Source of the DNA: Lytechinus pictus
Taxonomy: Eukaryota
Length of the DNA: 64,000 nt
Reading direction: 5' to 3'
NCBI RefSeq assembly: GCF_037042905.1
Contig: NC_087250.1
Location: forward strand, 7,380,001-7,444,000
Of this stretch, positions 1 to 11,871 are shown one piece after another; within the stretch, counting starts at the first letter, position 1; each line of letters opens with the position of its first letter. A program made the position numbers and the translations under genes. The notes beneath the pieces were generated by a model that made no database searches, was not told the DNA's origin, and saw only the letters and a list, made by a program, of their open reading frames with translations.

Positions 1-433
1 TATGAGGACCCGTCCTTGTATTAAAAATAAACTATTGTATAAAGATAAATGAGTAGTGGTAACGTTATAAAGTTCAGTTAGTACAGAATCCAATAAAGTA
101 AATAAAAATAAGAATAGTTACATCTATGTAGCGTTTCTTACATTCTGTTTGTAAGCGCTTTACATCGCAATTATTATTACCCCGGTCATCGCTAAAAATG
201 ACAGTCCCAGTGCCTGTTTGCATAGATAAAAAAAAAAATATGCGCCAAATGATTATAGAAGAAATTGGGAAATTGCTGGGAAATTAGCAAAAACGCATGA
301 GATTATAGCAAAATGTCGGGTCTGTTTCCAAGCAATACTAATACACTGTCCCACTTGTACTTTTTTGTGTTTGCAATCCACAGTGTGTTCGATTTTAGCA
401 AAGATTTTCTGATTTAAAAAAGTTCAGTGTATG

Positions 434-1314
434 CAGGGGTGGGCGAAACGTATTTTCGTTTGGGGGCAAAGCCAAAAAAGGGCACTTTCCAAAAAAGGGC
501 ATTTTGGTGCAAACGGATATTTTCACCATGAGCATGATGAGATTATTATCTGTGTGAAGAAGTTGTGTGCTTTGTAGTAATTAAGTTGAGCAATTTTTTT
601 AAAGTGATTTCTGATTGATAAGATATATGTTTAGGTCTTATTTTTCGCGAGCGAGTGTAGCGAGCGAGCAGTTTGGAAAAATGATCAAATCTGAAGTTGT
701 AAAACTCGCTTTTTGGTCAATTATGGACCTATTTCCTGTTAAAATTTACGAAATGTTGCGAGCGCGAATCACAAGCTAAAACTTTTTGAAATTTCATGTA
801 ATCAGACATGAAAAATAAACATTCCGAGCATTTTTTGTAATCATGGAAAAGGGATGTGAATAAAAGTAAAGAATTAACGCGAGCGCGAAGCGCGAGCTGA
901 AATTTTTGATTTACTGACCAGAAAACGAACCCTTTAAAGACTGCATTTAGTGACTGATGAATAGGATACGGGCTACAATCTCACCAATCGAATAATGCGA
1001 GCGCGAGCTGAAAATTTGTCATATTCTAACTAGAAAACTGGAAATTCTAGGCATTTTTGTAATTATGAACAGGACGAATACCTTATACTAATAATAATTG
1101 ATGCGAGTGCGAAGCGCGAGTCAAAAATTTTGTGATTTTCTGACCTAAAATGTATTATGTTTTACTTCAAAAAGGATAATATCATTTTGAAAAAGGGCAC
1201 ATTTTCATCTTGTAAAAAAAGCATTTTCCATTTTGAAAAAAGGGGGCATTTTTTCCTACAGGGATTTTTTGGGGGGCACTTGCCCTGCCTGCACCCCCGG
1301 TTCCGCCGCCCCTG
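434..1314. mobile_element. Non-autonomous DNA transposon with CAGGGG...CCCCTG ends (hAT-like)
   Basis: Ends caggggtgggcg / cgccgcccctg, G/C-rich subterminal runs and repeated internal GCGAGCGCGAAGCGCGAG motifs. TSD is degenerate. Confidence 0.6.
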
Positions 1315-1443
1315 AGTTTATGTATCTATACCAGATCTGCATGGAAGATGATGAAGCAGGAATTAATCTCGGTATTTTATGAAATAATGGTTTACTGCAA
1401 ATATTTTCATTGATCTTTACCCTACCCTTATATATATTTTCAG

Positions 1444-1571
1444 AATCATATGGTCATCGAGACGGCTTATATTAGCATGGTGTTTGGCACTCATTTTGAC
1501 CATCATGATTAGCGTGAAAACAACACCCCGACATATCACCCGGTCACGAACGAAAAATCAAGAAAGTGAAG
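1444..1571 (+). CDS. GT7 gene exon: cytoplasmic tail, transmembrane anchor and start of stem
   Basis: ttttcag acceptor and g|gtatgt donor. Translates as IIWSSRRLILAWCLALILTIMISVKTTPRHITRSRTKNQESE (basic residues followed by a hydrophobic stretch). Ends in phase 1. Confidence 0.65.
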
Positions 1572-4500
1572 GTATGTACAAGTTTTCATAGGAGAGGTTT
1601 GTCCATCCATCTCCGGTTCGAAACCCTCCTTTTTTTTTGGGGGGGGGGTCTCGTTGCATATTCACAGCAAAAACTGTGGTGTTGACCATTGTTGACTGGT
1701 GCACATCGATGACCACACCATCAGCGTCAAATTGCAGGTGTTAGTTCGTCACCTTATGGGTGCTAAAGTACCCTTTGATTACTACCTTAACACTCTCTGG
1801 GATTATGTTCAAACTTATGGTGTGATTTCTAAGACCTCGTGACGCCGGTTTTAACACTGTATGTTTAACGATTGATTGCAGGACACTCTTTACGATTGAC
1901 TCCATTTTCAATCAATCATAAAAATCAGTCCCAATCTTTGTTTTAAGGGGCCTTGTTTCAATGATTTGATTTTGATTGAAGCCTTTCGTTATCACTGCGA
2001 AAATCCCGGTGTTGATTAAACACCAGCCCGGAATATATCTATGTCCACACCAGAGAAGTGTTAAACAACACCAGTTAGCTTTTGGTCTAACACCGGATAG
2101 GACGGTGTTTATACAACACCAATTAATATTAAAACAGCATGGATTTGATTCCAAACTGGTGTTGTTTCATTACCGGGCTGGTATTAAATCAACACCGTTG
2201 TTTTTGCAGTGCAGTGTTATTCATTCTTAAATTATATTTTCATTTATTCATTTGCGATAGAATTTGATTTCACAAGAGTGGTGCTAAGGGGGGGGGGGTC
2301 GGGCGAGAAAAAGGGACGTCACGTCAGGGATCTGTTTCATAAAACTTATTATAGTAACAATTACAGTTAAAAGCTACTGAAATCCTTCAATCTGATTGGA
2401 TGATATAAAATTTGTAGAGATTGTGCGTATTTTGTTGTAACAAATCCCTATCAAAATGACACGGTGCCGCCCCTAATGCCCCTGTCTTACAAAGAGGTGC
2501 GATTGATCCGATCAACCACAACTATGGAAAGCCACTGAGCAACCACAACATCCAAAATGCATTTTGTTCAAAATGCTAAGAAGTATACGTAAAGGTCAAG
2601 TCCACCCCCGAAAAATGTAGATTTGAATAATATAGAAAGATCAAACTAGCACAACACTGAAAATGTCATCTAATTTGTGTATAAATTAAGAAAGTTATGA
2701 CATTTTAAAGTTTCGCTCATTTTTCCACAAAGCAGTGATATGCACAACTCAGTAACACGAAAATAATACAGACGATGATGCCCTTCACTCAATATTTCTT
2801 TTTTATTGTTTGAATTATTTAATTATTTTTTTTTTACAGATTTGACAGTAAGGACCAACTTTAAAATGTAATAACTTCTTATTTTACATTCGATTTTGAT
2901 GAAATGGTCACTGTTATGCTTGTTGGATTTTTCTATTTTTATTAATGTCAATTTTTTGTTGAGGTGGACTTGTCCTTTAATGTAGATCCATTGTTATCTT
3001 GACGATTCTGCTCCTGACTCCTGTTTAAATTTCCCGTAAGTAGAATGATGACAAGTTGAGAATGGCCGATCAATCTCAACTCTTTGTGAGACTGAGCCCA
3101 ATAATTTGACATTTTTTTGTTCAATTTCATCCAATTCTATTCATTTATATTTTTGTTGTTGTTGCTTGGGTTTTGGGTTTTCCTCCATGCGATTACACAC
3201 ACCTATCTGGAGGGCATTTCATGAAAGGACTTGTCGGACGTTTTATCCGACAAGTCCCATTTTATCCGACAGTTACCATAGGAACAGTGCCTCTCAGCCA
3301 ATCAAAATCATGTAAAGATGTCAGATCTGACAACTTGTCGGATGAAAATATTGATGAAACGCTCCCCTGGCCAATCACAACCAACCTACGCCAAATGCTG
3401 TGAAGGCACGGTCATCCTTCCAAGAAAAAAATTCTCCTGCAATTTTGTTTCAAAGTAAATCATATATGAGGTATCCCTGACTAGATCTCAATGTTTTCTT
3501 TAAGGGAGCTTATGATTTTCTTTAAGGGAGCTTATGGTTTTCTTTAAGGGAGCTTATGGTTTTCTTTAAGGGAGATTATGGTTTTATTTTAGGGAGCTAA
3601 TTGTTTCCTTTAAGGGAGATCATGGTTTTATTTTAGGGAGATTATGGTTTTATTTTAGGGAGCTAATTGTTTTCTTTAAGAGAGCTTATGGTTTTCTTTA
3701 AGGGAGATTATGGTTTTCTTGGGGGCTTATGGTTTCCTTTAAAGGATATTATGATTTTGAAAATTTTAATTTGCTTTTTTGTTTGTAGGTTTGAATGTGA
3801 GTTCCTCCTTGCCTAAGGGGTGTCCTACGATTGGTAAGCTAACAAGATTCTTGTAGCTAAGGAGCTCCAAGTGGTATTTAGGCTGTAAACAATTATATAT
3901 ATCAAAGATAGTAAGGTTCAACGAGCAAAAACGCTGAAAATTCATCAAAATTTGATAAAAAATAACGAAGTTATTGAAGTTTAAATGTTTAGCCTTGTTT
4001 TGTGACAACAGTTCCACGCAGTCTTGAATATGCAATTTGTGAGCTAATAATTTCTTGTTACCATTTTCCCTTTTTGTGTTATTTACATAAAATCATGCTT
4101 ATTTCATATTTTCATAAATGTGTATGATATGTCACCTTTGTAACAAAACAGGTTGCAGCACAGTTATCTTATGAAATACGTAGCCATTAATTTTTTTTTA
4201 CTTTTGGGCATGGCAAACAAAATTTGAATGAATAACATTTTATAGAATAAAATTCAAAAGAATAGGCAGGAATACATGGCATCATTTTGCTCATTGAATA
4301 TTCATGAAGACGTGCATAGAACTGTTCCATTGCAATAATGCAAATCTTTAAAATGTCACTATGTTAACTACGTTATTTCTTGTAAGATTTTGATCAATTT
4401 TTCAGAGCTTTTTTTATTTTGGTCTAATTTTGCCTTTATCTGTTCAAATCAGATTATCTCCAGCCCGGAGTACCCCTTTAAATGTAAACACAAATTCCTG

Positions 4501-7500
4501 CTTCTTTCATTGAAAAGACCTATGGTCATAAAATCCATTTGTTTTTTCCCCGCCTCCTGAAATCCTTAGAATTGGATTGGTCATTCTCGATTTTAAAGGG
4601 CATTTCGCTAACTGTGCATGGGCTGAAAAAAACAGATTATCCATGTGATTTGAGTACTGAGGTTGGGAAATGAACCCCTAGACCTGTCTTTCCCAATACT
4701 CAGAAGGACGGGGGTTTTGGCTTTCGACTGAAACATCATTATTGTTGTTTTATTTGTCACCCTCATCATATTTAGCATCGTACTCTTGACCATTGTCATT
4801 GTTTTCACTATGTCCGAGTTATCTTTTGGACTTAGGGCCTTTTCACACGGAATCTTAAAACATCATTGTAATGATGATAGCTATTGTAATCGTGACTATT
4901 CGCGATTCTAATCATGTTCTAGTTTGGTTTCACACGTGCTAAATATTCGTCATTAGCCTTATTTTTCACTGGAATCATCATTAGAATTACGACTTTTTTG
5001 CCGTGTGAAAGGGCGGTATATCTTGTCACATCAATCAGCAATTTTATCATTTCTTTCTTCACTTCTTTCATTTTCAGACTGTGCTTGTACTACTGGCCCG
5101 AGGCAGAATAGACTTAAAACCCAGCCGTCATCTGACGGAAAATGTACTACGCATTCAAGATTTGGTACGCAAGGCTTCATTTCATACCTGATTCGTAATC
5201 ATATAATATCAAACATCAGTTACGTGTGTTGAAACGTTTGACAAATTTGTAACTTTCATTTATGCCATTCAAGTCACCAACGTTTTAAGAAAACAAAAAT
5301 ACTGTATATATAGCTTTCATTCGTTCCCACGTGTAGTGTGTAGACGGTATGCGAGGAATAGCTTTGGCAAAACTATTCGGACAATACATGTCGCAAATGA
5401 CCCTTGCAATCAAATTGCTAATGATCGAAATTAATTGATGAGGCTTAAGATTAATCACTGAACGTTTGATGATAAATGGATTCAATGTCATAAGAAATAG
5501 CCAGAATAAATAATCCATTAATCAATTAATTTGGACACGCAACGTCATTAAAATATAGCAATTTTATCAATTATAACCTTTATATGACAAATAATAGCGT
5601 TTGATAGGGTGTTTACAACAATCAATATTGGCAAATGCTATTTTTTTCTTTTCAAAATGACAACTTCCTACTTACCTTTAATCAGAGGAATTGAACAACG
5701 TGTTATTTCTAGCCCTCGCCATGGCTTGATGACACGGACAAGGAGATTTAGGGGCCTTTCCCCCCATCGTTTTGGACAATTTGCCAACTTTTTTATTGTC
5801 GCAGTGGTACAATCGTGCACCCTCACACAAACACACACAAGTATGAATATGGTGAGAAAAAATAAAGAAAAAAATATATATATACAATAGGACTGTATAT
5901 ACAGTCACGTGACTGTGCCCTTTTCAATGGCGTCTCTTCCCGTCTCTTACGGTTGTCTGTAACCCCGTGACAAGATACCATGGTACCGCTCCTACACACA
6001 TACGCACACCACATGTTCATCCCATCTTACATGCCACCCACACGCTCATACTATCTCACACACCACCCACACACTCATATCATCTCACATGATCTCACAC
6101 CGTGACATCCATACACACGTACCACCACCCTCACACACACTCTTACACACACACACGCGCGCATCTCACACACTCATACCATCTCACACACACCCTCATA
6201 CTAACACACACGTACACTCCCCCATTCTCACGCACACCCCACACGCTTTAAACTTCGCGCACACACGCACCGTCTCATCTCGCCCGCACACGTTTTCACG
6301 CGCGTACCAAGAGCATTATTTACTACAAATTTAAGAATAAAGGGACAGCATTTTCACAGAGGATAGCATAAAAATAAATACACATCTTAATCACTGAAAG
6401 GGCATGAGTTATTATACTGTAAAATGTATCATATGAAATCATTGATGCTACACTAATCAAAATAGACTCTATTTTGATTAGTGTAGCATCAAAGATTTAA
6501 TAGAGAGATTTTTTATGTGTAACTTATTCTAATTTGTTTTGTTTTCTAATGAATATTTAAAAGCCAAATCAAGTGCATTTACATTGCAAAACAAATACAT
6601 TTTAACAAATCCCAGTGATCGAAACCTACGGATGTCTAATATACAATATTTTTGAGAAAAAGAAATCTAGAAAGAAAAAAAACAGTGACCAAATAGGTAA
6701 ACTTTAATGTAAGAATTCATGAAGGCCTATATACAATGATTCATCTACGACACTGCAGTGCACCTAATCATCTTATAAATATTCGTTAAATTTAATTCAT
6801 CCTTCCTCTCTTTTCATATTAGAACTCAACAAAAGCTACCAAGTCAACGTATCAAGTATCGATATTGCATCTATCGAAGATATCGTATTTGGTGACGATC
6901 GCCCCTGCGCAGAAACGTACGTCGAGAGTGTAAGCGCAGCCTTGATGACGCCATCGTCTGACAAGTTAACACCGTACTTTACAAATCATACAGCATTTAT
7001 CGAGGCCGAAAAAGGCGGTATACAGATAGGAAACTACACCTACTCTCCAGGGGGGAGGTGGAAACCTACAAATTGCAAGCCTAAATGGAAGGTAAGGCTC
7101 TCGATCTTGTTGTTATAATATTTACTTCTTTCTTCATGAAATATAACACACTGGCGGGTCCAGGTAGGGGCGCTTTCGACTCCGTGCCCCTCCCCCCCCC
7201 CCCCCTTTGGGAACACACAAACAATGGAGAATTTGTCATGCTTTCGCAAGTGATGACCTTTTTTTTCTGTTTTGCTCGTAAAATTTTTTATGTAACAAAA
7301 TGACCTCGATTTTGTAGTGAAAACCATTTTTTCTCAATTTTTTCCTTTTAAAAAAATGGCCCCCCTTGGAAAAATCCGCCCCTGCATAAAATATCATTAT
7401 TGGCTCGATGAGGCGTTTTAAGGATGCATGAAAGGTGTATAGTTTTGCCTGTATCATTTACCCTGGGCCATGTTGCACAAAGACTTGCGTTCAATCGCAA

Positions 7501-9506
7501 CTCAAAAAAAAATCAAGCGCAATTCTCCAATAAGCGCATTTCATTGGTTTAATATAAAGATACGATTGATTTTTGTGTGAGTCACGTTTGATCGCAACTC
7601 CTTCTGCAACGGGCTCGGGTCATATATTGCATGGTCTCCAGTCACATTGCGCAAATTGTACATGTAACAGACAACGCTATAATAAGCAATGGAATGCAAT
7701 GCGTGATGACAATAAATTACGTCACAAAGAGGTACGTGTATGTCGCATGCGCAGATGTGATGTCTTAAGGACGTTCCACAGTTAAAGTGAAATCCATGTC
7801 ATTTTCACCAAACTTTGCACATAGATACTTTAGAACCTTAATATTCGAAATATGCAAAAATTAACATAGGTCCATGTACTTGATTTTTTGCTATAGAGCT
7901 TCAAAGTTCACCCAAATTGATGTTCTTAAGAATTGCGCATTCAAAAGAATTTGGCATTTTTAGACCGCCCAAGATTACTACAGTGAGTTTAAACCTCTAT
8001 TACTCAGTCAAAATACATGAAAAAGTCATCAAATTTCGCAAATGAGTTAATAATTGTATCGTTAGAATGGAGAATCTATTTATAGTGCTATTTGTTTGCA
8101 ATTTTAAGTTTAACAGCACTGTCAGTTCTTAAAAATGGCGTAAAATATAACAAAATCCCAATCTGAAAAATGTAAAATTTCAATAACAAACTACAAACGT
8201 ACAATAAATGCTGCACTTTATTCAAAATCCATGTCATTTTCACCAAAATTTGCAGAGTTGTAGAGGAAGGTATACCTAAGAGGTACAAATATTAAAAAAT
8301 AGGGGTTCATGTGCTTGTTTTTAAACTATCAGCATTTTTATTAGAGCAAATGTGCTTTTTAAAACACCAAAAATGCGCCGAATGCTTAGTATCTATGTAA
8401 AGAAAAATTCAAAACCACTCTACCATTTATTCAAACTCGGGGTAATATTCGTGATTCTTGGCAGCACTGCAGAGTAAAGTATTTTGAAATTGTAGAGAAT
8501 ATTTTTGTGAATGGTTCATGGAATAATTCCATTTTTTAGCTTCCTGAAATAACGCATCGGATCTGCAGTTAAAGTGCAGAAGATGAGAAATATCAGCTCA
8601 TACCCGCAGCTAATTAATCACCTGTTCATCCATTGTGACGTCAGCGCGCAGAGTGTAAACTATGCGCAGATCATAATGCGCACAAACATAACTGTGGAAC
8701 GTCCTTAAAGGGGAGTTCTATTGATGTAGAATACATTTATAGAAGAATATATATGCCCCATTTAAAGGAAAATATATGATTATGTCATTCATTTTTCTTA
8801 TTTCATCAGTAATAAGACCCCATAAATGTACAGAGTATTTTGTATTTATTATTTTGCTGTGCCGTGTTGATTTTAATTCGTAAAAAATTGTAATAATCAA
8901 CGGTAGGTTTTCTAAAGAAGTCAAGAAGTGGCTGAAACGAGACTAGCGGTCGAAGAAGAGAGCTGGCGAAACCCGGATGAATGCGTTAACGAGCGAATTC
9001 AGTCCACGATTTTATTTCTATTTCCACGCTTCAGTCGCTAGCTCGTTCACCCGGGTTTGAGCGATTTTTTTTCTTACTAGTCACTCAGTTTCTGAAATAC
9101 GCCTCATATCATATCAAACACGGGGCCTTGTGCAAAGGCTACGTCCTCCTCCGCATATAGTACGAACATGATTTTGGAGGTTTTCTTTGATTTAAATATT
9201 AGCCGTGTACATTGAATCACTGGAAGGCAAGGATGAGTAATTAAGACTTCCTTGACCTGCACAGCCACAGTTTCCTAAGAACACAATCACACACACACAC
9301 TTACACGCGCACACACACACAAGTAATTAGAGGGGGTTAACCACCGTGATATCATACCGAGTTTTTATTTTATTCATTTATTTGTCGTTTTATTTTACAG
9401 GGTAGCCCTTTCAATTATAAAAACTGTTCGACCAAGGGGCCCTGTATCCGTAGGAATTAAGACACATAACAAACCAAAAACAAATGCAATTGATTGATTG
9501 ATTGAT

Positions 9507-9552
<46 letters not shown>

Positions 9553-9563
9553 ATTGATCGATC

Positions 9564-9595
<32 letters not shown>

Positions 9596-11790
9596 TTACT
9601 TTTCATGTTGTATTCCAAATTTCAACAGAATTGAAATGAAATGAAACGAAATGAAATTCTGAACAAAAATACATATAATATTCAGTGAGAACGAAAAAGA
9701 CATAAGGAAGAAATCAAAGTCACTAAGAAACTAATACGAAAGTAAACAATTCATGGAACTAAAACGTCATCATTTGAACTAAAATAGTAAGAATAAAAAG
9801 AAAAATCGATTTTTGATCTTTATCGTAATTATCTGATATGATGAGCGGGTGGTCACTGTTCGGTGCGATTGTTTTAATCATTGTTATATACCGAGGGTTT
9901 TTATTTTTACCTGACTGCTAAGAAAGCACGAATGCCTGTGAGCAAGCAACCAGGGGACCAACGGTTTAAGGTCCTCTCCGAGGGACCTGGTAATGAGGAT
10001 AAATGCCTTACCAAAGGGCACTAGCGCACAAATATACACAGTTAAACCCTACTAGAAAAAATACAGTGTCCCGCAGTTTTTGGAACACAATGTGAAATCA
10101 CCTTCACACTGACAAATTGTCTAAACGATTTTAACAAGTGTTTAAAATCTTAAACAACAAAGTTTAAGTTTTAAAATTTAATTCTCAATAAATTAAGCAT
10201 GGCTGTTTGAACTATTGTAAGGTTTATAAGGGAGGCAACGTTGCTCTGATTTTCATAATTATTGATAAATGAATGAAGCCTCGGCCTTTGAAATATGCAT
10301 AAAGAGAGGAGGTTCCATATTTAAAACATTTCCTCTCTTGTAAACAAAATAGGTTGGTTATCGGCTAACATGAATCTACCGTATGCTAAAATAGAATTGC
10401 AAGTCTAACGAATACTGATTTTATTGTGCAAATATTTTCGTTAACGTTTTATTGACCCTGAATGCTCTTTGAATTTTCAGAAATTATCAATTCCACAAAA
10501 ATGTTTGTACTGAATGTTGCATAATCATTACGAATCAGCACAAATAATTTTATTAAAATAGTTGAACAATAATAATGTGTCCATTTATATAGCGCAGTTA
10601 CTACGTGCATGTACTCAACTGCACTTTGATATTGCTATATTATCCCGGCCACAACTGAAGTGTCAAGAAATACATTCTAACGGGTACCCAATCACCCCAG
10701 CTGGGTCGAGTGCCGCACAAATGTTAGTATATTTCCTGCTGAAGGAAAACACGCCATGGCTGGGATTTGAACCCACGTCCCTCTGATTTAAAGACGAGAG
10801 TCGTAACCAGTAAACCACGAAGCCCCATATGTTGTACACATTTACACAACGATAAATATAGGTATGCGCATAGAGAGAGCTTTTTTCTATTGTGCGAATA
10901 TTATATCAATCTTTATTATCATTATTATTATTAATTATACATGTATTGACCAACATAATAAGGTGTTTAAAACAGTATGATATCAGGACTGTTGATATAA
11001 GGAAATGAACGTTAAGTACTGTAAGACAATACGACGCCTGTTGCCAAGAATGCCAGCTCCAAGGCTAGGCAAAGACCGACCTTGCATTTGTATTACTGTG
11101 AATAAATGTCCTCAAATGGTTTTAAATTGGCAACCGATCACAAACTCGGCAACTTCCGCACATGATTGTCTTCTAATTACGTCTTACTGGACATTGTGAC
11201 GTCATGGAATGAGCTAGAGCATGCCGTAGGCGGAAGTCAACTCAAATTACATTTCGCCGGGTGATAGTTACTATGTAAACGCGTAAACTAGGTAAACTGT
11301 AAATATGCAGGGATGGAGATTTTTTTCAAGTGATGTGGGGGTTTAAGCGTTGAGTCCTTCAAGTTGTCATTTGAAAGTCTTTAGAAAGTAAACTTAATTT
11401 AATAATGAATGACACAACGGTTGCTGCAATAAATAAAAAGAATATAACAACACCCCCTAAATATAATTGATAAAATGATATTGAATGAAATAAAGGAAGA
11501 AACAAATACTCTCTCTGCTAAAGAACAAGTAAAAAGGATAGCTAAATAACGGCCATGGATATCCTCCAAGAAAATAGGACTAGCAAAAATAAAAAGAATT
11601 AAAAAGAAAGGGGAAAAACTACCACAAATAAATAGCGGTCTAAACTAATCCCCGCGCCCTCGATTATTAGATGAAAGACAATTTGTATTTATGTCCTTAT
11701 TTGTTATGACTGTACATAGCGCCATGAGCGCCATGCCTGATGGATGTGTGTTCTTTAAAAGAATGCACCATTATTATTATTATTTTAACC

Positions 11791-11822
<32 letters not shown>

Positions 11823-11840
11823 CATTATTAATATTATTAA

Positions 11841-11871
<31 letters not shown>

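Noticed and set aside
1341..1372. ATG-containing first exon for the GT7 gene
   Set aside because: The ATG frames end in phase 0 or 1 at the gtattt donor, but the TM exon needs phase 2, and that frame contains stops.
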